The translations under genes and the position numbers were made by a program. Positions 11,278 to 20,559 of a stretch of DNA of 64,000 nucleotides are shown here, one piece after another. Under the pieces are notes generated by a model. That model was not told the origin of the DNA. It worked only from the letters and a program-made list of their open reading frames with translations, and searched no databases. Numbering within the stretch: position 1 is the stretch's first letter; every line of letters starts with the position of its first letter. Origin of the DNA: Acidobacteriota bacterium (lineage in GTDB: Bacteria; Acidobacteriota; Vicinamibacteria; Vicinamibacterales; UBA8438); assembly GCA_009861545.1 (NCBI GenBank), contig VXME01000029.1, positions 306-64,305 on the forward strand, written 5' to 3'.

Positions 11278-12123
11278 CTACGAATAACGTCGTACGAAGT
11301 CCGCCGTAGTAGACAGGCGCGTCGGCTCGTTCAGCGCGCCCTGCCGGTACCCGGCGGGATCGACCTCGATCTCCCGGAAGCCGGCCGCGCGGAAGCGGGC
11401 GGTGACGTCGGCCAGCAGCGCCGCGTCGTGGAAGCGGGCGACCTCAGCGGGCGCCACCTCGATGCGGGCCCGTTCGTCGAAGTAGCGGACCCTGCAGATC
11501 GAGAAGCCGTGCTCGCGCAGCACCCGCTCGCAGGCGGCCACCCGTGTCAGCCGTTCGGGGGTGATGGCGGTTCCGTACGGGAAGCGGCTCGACAGGCAGG
11601 CGAGCGCGGGCTTGTTCCAGACCGGCAGTTCGAGCCGGCGCGCCGCCTCCCGGATATCGGCCTTGGTGAACCCGGCGTCGTCGAGGGGCGAGCGCACGCC
11701 ATGTTCCTTCGCGGCTTGTCGTCCCGGCCGGTGGTCGCCGCGGTCGTCCACGTTGAAGCCGTCCACGACGTGGTGGGTTCCGAGCCGCGCCGCCTCGCGA
11801 ACCGCCCGGCCGTAGACCTCCACCTTGCAGAAGTAGCAGCGGTTGGCCGGGTTGGCTGCATAGCGCGGATCGTCGACCTCGGCGGTGTCGACGAGCAGAT
11901 GGCGGGCGCCGAGTTGCTCCGCGAGCCGGCGAGCGGCGGCACCCTCCTCGGGGACGAGACTCGGGGAGACCGCGGTCAGCGCGACGGCGCGATCATCGAG
12001 GACGCTGACCGCCTCGGCCAGCAGATAGCCGGAGTCGACGCCGCCGGAGAAGCACACGACCACGCGGTCGAGGTCGGCAAGCTGCCGGCGGAGAAGGACG
12101 ATCTTGGCGTCCAGGGTCTTCAT
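11278..12123 (-). CDS. larE: PP-loop ATP pyrophosphatase, LarE-like sulfur transferase family
   Basis: PP-loop SGGVDS in VVCFSGGVDSGYLLAEA. Conserved Cys-containing region (NRCYFCK). Length and overall pattern match the LarE/TIGR00268-type family. Confidence 0.75.
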   Translation of the reverse strand: MKTLDAKIVLLRRQLADLDRVVVCFSGGVDSGYLLAEAVSVLDDRAVALTAVSPSLVPEEGAAARRLAEQLGARHLLVDTAEVDDPRYAANPANRCYFCKVEVYGRAVREAARLGTHHVVDGFNVDDRGDHRPGRQAAKEHGVRSPLDDAGFTKADIREAARRLELPVWNKPALACLSSRFPYGTAITPERLTRVAACERVLREHGFSICRVRYFDERARIEVAPAEVARFHDAALLADVTARFRAAGFREIEVDPAGYRQGALNEPTRLSTTADFVRRYS

Positions 12124-12200
12124 GGCGTCATAATCACCGGTCGCCGTTAGTGTAGCGTTACGCGCCCGGCCGCACGCGTCGCCGGCTTCCCGTCACCCCG

Positions 12201-12860
12201 ATGCCCGATCCGATCCAGACCACGACGCTGTTGCTCGGGACCGCCGCCTCGCTGGCGGTAGTCCATACCCTGCTCGGGATCGACCATTCGCTCCCGTTCG
12301 TCGCCCTCGGCCGCGCCCGGGGCTGGGCGCTCCGGCGCACGCTGCTGGTGACGGCGCTGTGCGGCGGCGGGCACGTCGCTTCCTCCGTCGTCATTGGTGC
12401 GGTCGGGGTCGGTCTCGGCATCGCGACCGACGCGCTGCTGTGGCTCGAGTCCGCGCGTGGCGAGCTGGCGGCGGCGCTGCTGATCGGTTTCGGTCTCGCC
12501 TACGCGGCATGGGCCGTGTGGAGGGGGCTTCGCGGGCCGGACGCGGCATGCCTGCATGGCGGATCGGCCGGCGCCGACCGCGTCACGCCGTGGGCGCTCT
12601 TCATCGTGTTCGTGCTAGGGCCGTGCGAGCCGCTCATCCCGCTGATGGTGGTCCCGGCCATCGCGCGCGACTGGCTCGCTGTCGCGGCCGTGGTCGGCGT
12701 GTTCGGGCTGTTGACGGTCGCGGTGATGCTGGCGGCGGTGGCCGCGGCGTGGCGCGGCGTCACGTTGCTGGGTGCCGGCCGCATCGGCCGGCACGCGGAC
12801 GTCGCGGCGGGGCTCGTCGTGGCGGCGAGCGGTGCCGCGGTGCTCTTCCTCGGGCTGTAG
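12201..12860 (+). CDS. Polytopic membrane protein, possible metal transporter (family not resolved)
   Basis: 219 aa with about 6 predicted TM helices. Contains His/Cys-bearing motifs (VHTLLGIDHS, CGGGHV, GPCEPLIP). Divergent from larE. The product assignment is a guess. Confidence 0.45.
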   Translation: MPDPIQTTTLLLGTAASLAVVHTLLGIDHSLPFVALGRARGWALRRTLLVTALCGGGHVASSVVIGAVGVGLGIATDALLWLESARGELAAALLIGFGLAYAAWAVWRGLRGPDAACLHGGSAGADRVTPWALFIVFVLGPCEPLIPLMVVPAIARDWLAVAAVVGVFGLLTVAVMLAAVAAAWRGVTLLGAGRIGRHADVAAGLVVAASGAAVLFLGL

Positions 12861-12885
12861 GAAACCCGCTGATCCGGACCCGACC

Positions 12886-13839
12886 ATGCTCTACGACATC
12901 CTCCTGATCACGATCGGATTCGCCCTGGTCGCCAAGGGGGGCGATCTGTTCGTGGACTCCAGCGTCAGCATCGGCCGTGCGCTCCGGATTCCCCGCTTCG
13001 TCATCGGCGGGACGCTGGTGAGCCTGGCCACCACCGGGCCGGAGCTGGTCGTGTCGGCCACCGCTGCGACGATGGGCGATTCCGGCATCGCGCTCGGCAA
13101 CGCGGTGGGTTCCTGCATCTGCAACATCGGGCTGATCGTGGGGACCGTGGCGCTGATCATGCCGGTGCAGGTCGACAGGCCGGACTTCATCCGGCGGGCC
13201 GGCTGGATGGTCGGCGGCGGCCTGCTCGTCGTCGGGTTTTCCTGGGACCTGTCGATGGACCGGATGTACGGCGGCCTGCTGCTGGCCCTGGCCGTCGCCT
13301 ACCTGGGCTGGGATCTGCTGGGCATTCTGCGGTCGCGGCGCGAGTCCGGGGAGGAGACGCAGGACGGGGACGCCGCCAGCGGGTTGCCGAAGGCGGTCGG
13401 TTGGTTCGCCGTCGGCGGCGCCTGCGTTCTGGCGGGCAGCTACCTGCTCGTCGAGTCGGGCCAAGGGTTAGCGCGCGCGCTGGGTGTGCCGTCGTCCATC
13501 ATCGGCTTCTCGGTCATCGCCATCGGAACGTCGCTGCCGGAGCTGGTGACCGGCGTGACCGCGGCGCGCAAGGGGGTGCCGGACCTGTCGCTGGGGAACA
13601 TCATCGGGGCGAACGTGCTGAACCTGCTCCTCATCGTCGGCCTGTCCGGGACGATCCAGCCGCTGGTCCTCGATCGCTTCAGCCAGTGGTACGGCTTCCC
13701 CTGGCTCGGCATCTTCTTCCTGACCATCGTCGGCGTGGTCCTGAAGAACGGTGTCGTGCGGCGCGCGGCGGGCATCGGCCTGCTGATGCTCTACGTGCTC
13801 TACATGATCGGCCTCGTGTCGGTGCCGGCGCTCTCGTGA
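12886..13839 (+). CDS. Ca2+/Na+ antiporter (CaCA/YrbG family)
   Basis: Two alpha-repeat motifs (GGTLVSLATTGPELVVS and AIGTSLPELVTGV). About 10 TM helices. ATG at 12886 inside ORF 12772..13839. Confidence 0.85.
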   Translation: MLYDILLITIGFALVAKGGDLFVDSSVSIGRALRIPRFVIGGTLVSLATTGPELVVSATAATMGDSGIALGNAVGSCICNIGLIVGTVALIMPVQVDRPDFIRRAGWMVGGGLLVVGFSWDLSMDRMYGGLLLALAVAYLGWDLLGILRSRRESGEETQDGDAASGLPKAVGWFAVGGACVLAGSYLLVESGQGLARALGVPSSIIGFSVIAIGTSLPELVTGVTAARKGVPDLSLGNIIGANVLNLLLIVGLSGTIQPLVLDRFSQWYGFPWLGIFFLTIVGVVLKNGVVRRAAGIGLLMLYVLYMIGLVSVPALS

Positions 13840-13905
13840 AGGTGGGACCGCGGCCGGATCGGGTTCGGTTCCCGCATGCGCTAGCATCAGCAGAGGGCGA
13901 CCGGC

Positions 13906-14949
13906 ATGCTGGAACGACTGCACGTACGTAATCTCCGCGGCTTCGGTGAGCTTCGGATCGACGAACTGGGCCGGATCAATCTCGTTGCCGGCCGAAACAA
14001 CGCGGGCAAGACCACTCTGCTGGAGGCGGTTTTTCTGCTCGGCGGAGCGGCTGACGGGCACATGGCGGTCAACCCCGACCTGCTCCGTGGCATCGATGCG
14101 GACGAAGTTCGGAGGTCGGAGACGTTCTGGAAGCCGCTGTTCTCCGATCTAGACACGGGCAGGGCACTCGTGATTTCCGGCGACCACTCGGTCGTCGGGC
14201 ACATCGAGCAGAGAATCACATGGGAGAGACCGATCTCGACGGAGGTCTTTCCCGGCAAGCACGACGGCGCATTGGCGGCGACCTCTTCCGGCGGACGTTC
14301 ACTCCGATTCAGGTACGTCGATCCGGTAGCCGGCGCGATCGAAAGTGAGGCACGGGAGGCGGGAAGAAAGGTGACCGTCGTTCGACAGGACCCGTACGTT
14401 CCATTTCCCCGAAGAATGCTCCTGCCGGGAAGCGGGCACCCGTACGCCGACGCCATGCTGCTGGGCCATTTGAGAAAGCAGAAGCGCGGAGATCTGCTCG
14501 TGGACGCCCTCCGCGTCGTCGATTCCAGGTTGCAGGGCATCGAGGACAATTCGTCCAGTGGCGAACCCATGATCTGGGTCGACATTGGGTTGCGGGAACT
14601 CGTGCCGTTGTCGATCCTGGGAGCGGGCATGACGCATGTCGCCCGTATCTTTCTGGTGATCGCGTCCACGCCGGGCGGCGTGGTGCTTGTCGATGAAATC
14701 GAGAACGGACTGCACCACTCCGTGCTGCCGGACGTATGGCGCGTGGTCGCGAAGGCTGCAGAGCAGTTCAACGTACAGGTATTCGGGACGACGCACAGTT
14801 TCGAGTGCATCGAAGCAGCACACGAGGCTCTCGGATCGGAGGGCTTTCGACTGCATCGCCTCGAAGTCATCGATGGCGAGAACCGCTGCGTGACGTTGAG
14901 TCCGTCTGCGATCAGCGGGGTGATTCGCCACAACATGGAAATCCGCTGA
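13906..14949 (+). CDS. ABC/SMC-type AAA ATPase (defence-associated, module A)
   Basis: Walker A AGRNNAGKTTLLEA, Walker B VVLVDEIENGLHH, H-loop GTTHS. N-terminal LHVRNLRGF motif typical of RecF/SMC-like heads. Confidence 0.8.
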   Translation: MLERLHVRNLRGFGELRIDELGRINLVAGRNNAGKTTLLEAVFLLGGAADGHMAVNPDLLRGIDADEVRRSETFWKPLFSDLDTGRALVISGDHSVVGHIEQRITWERPISTEVFPGKHDGALAATSSGGRSLRFRYVDPVAGAIESEAREAGRKVTVVRQDPYVPFPRRMLLPGSGHPYADAMLLGHLRKQKRGDLLVDALRVVDSRLQGIEDNSSSGEPMIWVDIGLRELVPLSILGAGMTHVARIFLVIASTPGGVVLVDEIENGLHHSVLPDVWRVVAKAAEQFNVQVFGTTHSFECIEAAHEALGSEGFRLHRLEVIDGENRCVTLSPSAISGVIRHNMEIR

Positions 14950-14951
14950 CC

Positions 14952-15605
14952 ATGGCGACCGAGCGTATCGAACGGGAGATTCAGCTCCTCGTGGAAGGCA
15001 GGGACGAGCGGAATTTCTTCGAGGCGCTCCTCGAGCACTTGCAGATCGCCGACGTTCAGCTTCAGGTCCTCGACGGCAAGGATCGACTACGGGAGTCTCT
15101 CGATACGCTTGCAGGGGCCACCGGTTTTCGAACGGTGAAGAGCATCGGCATCGTTCGTGACGCGGACGAGTCGGCTGTAGCTGCATTCCAGAGCATCCAG
15201 ACCTCGTTGAGGAATGCCAATCGGGTCGTCCGGACGTGGTCAGGCGTGGAATTCCCGGTGCCGGATCGTCCAAAGCAACGTGCCGGTGCGGGACCTTCTG
15301 TAAGCGCGTTGATATTGCCTGGCGACGGAGAGAATGGAATGCTCGAGACGCTGCTGTGCAGGACCTTCGCCGGTACCGAGATGGAGCGTTGCGTCGATGT
15401 CTTTCTGCAATGTGCCGAAGAGTCAGGCAGTCCCATTCACCGGCGCGACAAGTCGAGAGCGCACGCCTGGCTGGCGACCAGACAGGACCCGCACGTATCG
15501 GTGGGCGTGGCGGCGCAGAAGGACTACTGGGACTTCGACCACGAGGCGTTCGATGGCGTACGTCGATTTCTGAGGGCCTTGGCGCAGGAGCGGCCTGCGA
15601 CATAG
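14952..15605 (+). CDS. TOPRIM-like partner protein (DUF3226/DUF4276/DUF4435-like), module A
   Basis: ATG lies 2 nt after the ATPase stop. Motifs LLVEGRDERNFF (E-G-x-D-E) and IGIVRDADES (DxD) resemble OLD-type TOPRIM. The family name is taken from motif memory only. Confidence 0.6.
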   Translation: MATERIEREIQLLVEGRDERNFFEALLEHLQIADVQLQVLDGKDRLRESLDTLAGATGFRTVKSIGIVRDADESAVAAFQSIQTSLRNANRVVRTWSGVEFPVPDRPKQRAGAGPSVSALILPGDGENGMLETLLCRTFAGTEMERCVDVFLQCAEESGSPIHRRDKSRAHAWLATRQDPHVSVGVAAQKDYWDFDHEAFDGVRRFLRALAQERPAT

Positions 15606-15705
15606 AGACGGGCGCGCCCCGGCGACGTACATGTTGCGGAGCGTGCTGACGTTCGGCAGGGCACCGGCAGTGCTCCGTGGCGACTGTCGCGGCACTGGCG
15701 TCCTC

Positions 15706-16293
15706 TCAGGGCCACAGGTCGCCGAGGCTGAAGGTGATCGCATCGAAGGGGCGGATGCACACCGGATCGGCGTCCTTGGCCGTCGCGATCAGCACCCAGT
15801 GCCCTTCACGCATCTCGAACGCCTCTAGGGTGCGGTCCGCCGGGTCCACGAGCCATAGGTGTCCCACTCCTTCGCGGGCATAGATCGGACGCTTGCCATG
15901 CAGGTCGAGTTTGCGCGTCGAAGCGGAGAGCACTTCGCACACCCAATCCGGGGCCAAGGCGACGTAGGCCGCGTCGGGATAGTCGGGCATCCGCTTCCGG
16001 CGCCACCCTGCCAGGTCCGGCACCAGGACGTCCTCGCCAAAATGCAGCTCGGGCTCGTCGATGATCCACCACCCGCCCGGACCGCCGCGGCCCCTGTCGA
16101 AGGGTCCCGTGAGCTCGCCGCCCAGACGGGAGCTCGCAAGCGCATGCGGCATGGCGGGCCGCGGTTGGGTGTGCAGGGTCCCATCGACGATTTCGGCCAC
16201 TCGATGCGCGGGGGCGTCGAGCACGTCCTGGTAGGTGGCTCGCGCGGGCGCTTCGGACTTGTCGCGCCGGGCCGCGGTGCCGGCGCCGTTCAT
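15706..16293 (-). CDS. Uma2 (DUF820) family endonuclease
   Basis: PD-(D/E)xK-like motifs typical of Uma2: EIVDGTLH, VPDLAGW, APDWVCEVLS.STRK.D...K...YA..GV...WLVDP. Start set at MNGAG (16293). Confidence 0.8.
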   Translation of the reverse strand: MNGAGTAARRDKSEAPARATYQDVLDAPAHRVAEIVDGTLHTQPRPAMPHALASSRLGGELTGPFDRGRGGPGGWWIIDEPELHFGEDVLVPDLAGWRRKRMPDYPDAAYVALAPDWVCEVLSASTRKLDLHGKRPIYAREGVGHLWLVDPADRTLEAFEMREGHWVLIATAKDADPVCIRPFDAITFSLGDLWP

Positions 16294-16483
16294 CGCCCTC
16301 TCCTTCGCGCCAGCCGGGGATGACGGACAGTGCACATGTTGAGGACGGCGCGGAATGCCCGCTTGCGGGCGAGTCCGCTTCCCTGCATGAGAGTCAGCTT
16401 ACCCGATGGGTGACGGCAGGCGTAATCGGACCCCGGCACGGTGGCGGTGTCGTCGAACCCGCGGACGCGGCGAATCCTTGACG

Positions 16484-17290
16484 TCAGGCCTCGTGTCCGG
16501 CCAGCAGCTCGCCGCGCAGGACGGTCACCGCCTGACCGGACAGCGCGACCCGTTCGTCGTGCACGCGGACCCGGACGAGACCACCGCGCTCGGAGGCCTG
16601 CCACGCCGTGAACGTATTCCGGCCGAGCCGGCGTTGCCAGTAGGGGCCCAGGCAACAGTGGGTCGACCCGGTCACTGGATCCTCGTCGATGCCGGCGTGC
16701 GGGGCGAAGTAGCGCGACACGAAATCGAAGCGGTCCGTCTCGGCCCGCGCCGTCACGATGACGCCGCGGGCGTCGATCTCCCGGAGGCGCCTGAAGTCCG
16801 GGGCCAGACGGCGCACCGTCGCCTCTGCGTCGACCTGGACGAGGTAGTCGAAGCGGTTGCGCCCGACGTAGGTCGGCTCGGTCCCGAGAGCATCGGCCAG
16901 ACCGTCCGGAATGGCCGCCGGCTCGTCCGGTTCCGCCGGGAAGTCCATCTCGATCCAACCGCCGCGCAGGACCGCCGACAAGCGGCCGGACCGGGTGTGG
17001 AAGACGGCCGGCGTGTCCGGGGCAAGGTGGTTTTCTTCCCACAGCACGTGGGCGCTCGCCAGGGTCGCGTGGCCGCACAGGTCGACCTCGACTGCCGGCG
17101 TGAACCAGCGAAGGTCGAATCCGCCATCGTCGCGGCGCACCAGGAAAGCGGTCTCCGACAGGTTCATCTCGCGCGCAACGCGCTGCATCCAGGAAGCGTC
17201 GGTCGGGCGGGGCAGCAAGCAGACTGCCGCCGGGTTGCCCTTGAACGGCTCGCTGGTGAAGGCATCGACCTGAGTGATTGGCAGAGGCAA
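16484..17290 (-). CDS. PhzF family isomerase
   Basis: N-terminus MPLPITQVDAFTSEPFKGNPAAVCLL, internal ETAF and CGHATLA motifs, and about 268 aa in length. Confidence 0.9.
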   Translation of the reverse strand: MPLPITQVDAFTSEPFKGNPAAVCLLPRPTDASWMQRVAREMNLSETAFLVRRDDGGFDLRWFTPAVEVDLCGHATLASAHVLWEENHLAPDTPAVFHTRSGRLSAVLRGGWIEMDFPAEPDEPAAIPDGLADALGTEPTYVGRNRFDYLVQVDAEATVRRLAPDFRRLREIDARGVIVTARAETDRFDFVSRYFAPHAGIDEDPVTGSTHCCLGPYWQRRLGRNTFTAWQASERGGLVRVRVHDERVALSGQAVTVLRGELLAGHEA

Positions 17291-17673
17291 CGGTGTCGCT
17301 CCCGATCAGGATATCCCAGGGTGAGCGGAAGTCATCATCGAGCCACCGGGAACAGCGGGCCGTGGAGTATCGTCATGCCTTGGAGTCGCGCCAAAACAGG
17401 GATGCGGGAAGATGGCGGACCGATCGCGCTCCGCCGCCGGAGGCACAGCGGAGCTTCGTTGCGTGTCACCGCCGGTGGACATCCGGTGACCGGCGGAGGA
17501 CACGGCATGTTCGGTACGCGTCATCCCGTCGGTGCTCCGGTGCGGCGCGCCGCGACCATCGCCCGGTACGCGTCTTGCTTCCCCAGAACCCGGAACGAGG
17601 ATGCCGGTGTTCCCGATGGCGCAACTTGCGTGGACGTTCGGCGAATGATGAGCGAGGGTTCGGAGGCTACGTG

Positions 17674-19194
17674 ATGCAGCGGCTCCGCAGGACCACGTGG
17701 CACGCCCTGGCCATCCTTGTCGTGCTAGCGGCCGATCCGACGGCGCTTGGCGCGCAGGACGACGACAACGAGCTCGACCGCTTCATGGAGCGCGTGCTGG
17801 AGCAGCGCGAGCGGAACGCGGCAGTCCGGCTGCAGTACGTGCTCGACGAGCGGTCGCAGTTTCGGCTCTCGGGACCGGGAGGCGCGGTCCTGTGGGGTTT
17901 CCGCGGCGAGTACACCTGGTACGAGCGCGACGGTTTCTTCGTGCGGAGTCCGGTCCGCGTCGACGGCGTGACGATAGACGATTCGCGCCGGCGCGATTAC
18001 GAGGCGCGATGGCTCGAGCGGGAGCAGCGGCGCCGCGTGCGGCGCCGGGAAGAGCGCGGGTCGCCGACGCGTGTTTCGCAACGGTCGACGCGCGACAACG
18101 TGGAGCTGGCCATCGAGCGCCTGTGGGGCGCCCGCATCGACGACGAGCTGTTGCTCGACGGCATCACGGAGCAGGCTCGGACGTGGGGCGACGACCACGC
18201 CGCGATCACGGCGGCCGCCGCCCGGATTCTCGAGGCGGCGGGAGGCGTATCGGCGGTAGGGTTCGAACGCGCCGTGCAGCGGACGCGCGACGGGTTCGCG
18301 ATGCTGGAGACCGGCCGCCTGCTCCCCGACGAGGTGGCGGGTGTGTTGGGCCGTGCCGTCGCGTCGATCGCACCGGCCGCGCCATCCGCGACGGAGCAGG
18401 AGTTCGCCGGGTTTCTCGAGCTGTTCGACCTGGCCGTGCGGTTCGAGCTGCCGCTGGCGGCGGTGGACACGACGCCGGCCGAAGCGCACGCGGATCCCGA
18501 GGTGGCCAGGGTCCGCGCCGCCGCCCTCGCCGAGCGCCGCGCCGCGCTGTCGGCGTTGGCCGGTGCGGCGGCGGGAGGGGACGAGATTCGGGCGCCGGGG
18601 TCCGGGGACCCCGTGTGGAGCAATATCGAGCCCCGCTTCGTCTCCGACGCGTACTTCCTGGACTTCGATTTCGAACCCGGCAACTACTACCTGGTCGGTC
18701 GCGAAACGCTGGACGGGCACGAGGTCCTGCGCATCGAGTACTACCCGGAGCGGCTCTTCACCAGGCCCGACGAGGGCGAGCCCGACGGAGACGGGGAGCG
18801 GGCACGCGACGCCAACTCCGAAGCCCAGGGTTCGGAGAGGAGATCGGTTTCGGTTGGCGGCGGCGATCGCGAGGCGGCGGCGATGGAGAAGACCAGCCTC
18901 GTCACCCTCTGGATAGAGCCGGAGCAATACCAGATCGTGCGCTACACCTTCGACAACCTCGGCTTCGATTTTCTGCCGGGGCGCTGGCTGTTCCGCCTGG
19001 ACGATCTGACCGCGTCGATGACGATGCGCCAGCCCTTTCCGGGAGTCTGGCTGCCGGCGCGCATCGACATGCGGGCCGCGTTGTCGCTGGCGACGGGGAC
19101 GTACGAGGCGACGGCCACGCGCACGTACGCGAACTACCGCGAAGCGGAGACGGGTGGTCGCGTGCGAACGGTCGAACCGGGCGTGCCGCGATGA
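17674..19194 (+). CDS. Secreted hypothetical protein with LolA-like/outer-membrane lipoprotein-sorting-like C-terminal region
   Basis: ATG at 17674 with a signal peptide (ALAILVVLAADPTALGAQ). Arg/Glu-rich and Ala-rich low-complexity middle. The C-terminal part (YYLVGRETLDGHEVLRIEYYP...VWLPARIDM) resembles LolA-like folds. The stop overlaps the next start (ATGA). Confidence 0.55.
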   Translation: MQRLRRTTWHALAILVVLAADPTALGAQDDDNELDRFMERVLEQRERNAAVRLQYVLDERSQFRLSGPGGAVLWGFRGEYTWYERDGFFVRSPVRVDGVTIDDSRRRDYEARWLEREQRRRVRRREERGSPTRVSQRSTRDNVELAIERLWGARIDDELLLDGITEQARTWGDDHAAITAAAARILEAAGGVSAVGFERAVQRTRDGFAMLETGRLLPDEVAGVLGRAVASIAPAAPSATEQEFAGFLELFDLAVRFELPLAAVDTTPAEAHADPEVARVRAAALAERRAALSALAGAAAGGDEIRAPGSGDPVWSNIEPRFVSDAYFLDFDFEPGNYYLVGRETLDGHEVLRIEYYPERLFTRPDEGEPDGDGERARDANSEAQGSERRSVSVGGGDREAAAMEKTSLVTLWIEPEQYQIVRYTFDNLGFDFLPGRWLFRLDDLTASMTMRQPFPGVWLPARIDMRAALSLATGTYEATATRTYANYREAETGGRVRTVEPGVPR

Positions 19195-20483
19195 CTCGAC
19201 GTCGCTGTCCGAACCGCATGCCCGGCGCGTTCCTCACAGCGGCGGTCGCTCTTGCGCCCATTCTCACGCCTCTCCCACCCGGCCTTCTTGCTCAGGCGCC
19301 GCCGCCGGAGACGGTCGTCGATCTCCGGATCCATGGCAACCACACCATGCCGGACGCCGAGGTGCTGGCGCTCGCCGGTGTCGCGGTCGGGGACGTCGTC
19401 GACCAGGTCGCCGTCGATGCCATCACCGAGCGCCTCGAAGCCAGCGGGCGCTTCCAGGAGGTCGAGGTGCGCAAGCGATACCGCTCGCTCACCGCGACGG
19501 ACCGCATCGCGCTGATCATCGTGGTGCGGGAGCGGCCGCGGGCATCGATTCGGAACCCGGTGGTGCGATCGCTCGCCCGCCTTGCCGGGCAGTCGATGTG
19601 GTTGCCCGTCCTGCGCTACGACGAAGGGTACGGGGTCTCCTACGGCGCGCGTTTCAGCCTCGTGGATGTGTTGGGGGAAGGGAGCCGGGTGTCGGTGCCG
19701 GCGACCTGGGGAGGCGACAAGCGCGTGACGATGGAGGTGGAGAGACCGCTGTCCCGCGGGTCCGACCGCGTGCGGGCCGGCGGGTCGCACGGACGCCGGA
19801 CGCATCCGTACTTCGGGGTCGAGGATCGGCGGACGCGGGCCTGGGTCGGCTTCGATCGCGATCTGGGGAACGGACTGCGCGCGGGCGCGGAGGCGGCGTG
19901 GGAAGATGTCGGGTTCGTCGGTCCGGCCGACCGGCTCACGCGGCTGACCGTCGGTCTGGATTTCGACGGCGTCTCGGCCGGCGCGTTCCCGCGCGACGAC
20001 GTGAAGCTGCGCGCCGCGGTCGAGCGGATGGGAATCGCGGGACGATCGGGCGCCGTCATCCGGCCGCGCATCGACGCGCAGGCGTTCAAGGGGGTGGGAG
20101 GACAGGCGGTTCTGGCTGCGCGCTTCCTGTTCGAGGGGGCCTCCGCGGCATTGCCGCCCTACGAGAAGGCCCTGCTGGGCGGCGGCGGCAACCTGCGCGG
20201 GTGGCGGGTGGGCGCAAAGGTGGGAGATCGCCTCGCGGCGGCCTCGATCGAGCTCCGGTTGCCGCTGGGCTCGCCGATTTCCATGGGGAACGCCGGGGTG
20301 CGCTTCTTCTACGACACGGCCGCCGTGTACGACGCCGGGCGGTCCCTGAGCGACCAGCGGTTCGTGAAGGGGGCCGGCGCCGGCGTCTTCCTGACCGTAC
20401 CTTTCGGCAGCCTGCACCTCGACGCCGGGCACGATTTCCGCGGCTCGGTGCGGATCCACGCCGGCGCCGGGCTCGGCTTCTGA
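19191..20483 (+). CDS. Omp85/BamA-family outer-membrane protein with a single POTRA domain
   Basis: Signal peptide. POTRA-like segment (VVDLRIHGNHTMPDAEVLALAGVAVGDVV...RFQEVEVRKRY). Beta-barrel with the LLGGGGNLRGW motif. C-terminal aromatic residue (GAGLGF). Confidence 0.75.
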   Translation: MTRRRCPNRMPGAFLTAAVALAPILTPLPPGLLAQAPPPETVVDLRIHGNHTMPDAEVLALAGVAVGDVVDQVAVDAITERLEASGRFQEVEVRKRYRSLTATDRIALIIVVRERPRASIRNPVVRSLARLAGQSMWLPVLRYDEGYGVSYGARFSLVDVLGEGSRVSVPATWGGDKRVTMEVERPLSRGSDRVRAGGSHGRRTHPYFGVEDRRTRAWVGFDRDLGNGLRAGAEAAWEDVGFVGPADRLTRLTVGLDFDGVSAGAFPRDDVKLRAAVERMGIAGRSGAVIRPRIDAQAFKGVGGQAVLAARFLFEGASAALPPYEKALLGGGGNLRGWRVGAKVGDRLAAASIELRLPLGSPISMGNAGVRFFYDTAAVYDAGRSLSDQRFVKGAGAGVFLTVPFGSLHLDAGHDFRGSVRIHAGAGLGF

Positions 20484-20559
20484 GGTGGTCCGGGTCCGCC
20501 GGGCGGCCAATCGGATCGGGCTTCCCCGAACCGCTCCAATCGCGGCGCTATAATCCGCC

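Noticed and set aside
17291-17673. Small ORFs and an inverted repeat (CCGCCGG...CCGGCGG) in the 380-nt region upstream of the LolA-like gene
   Set aside because: The ORFs lack motifs and an RBS. GC-rich short inverted repeats occur by chance at this composition. There is not enough evidence for a regulatory RNA.
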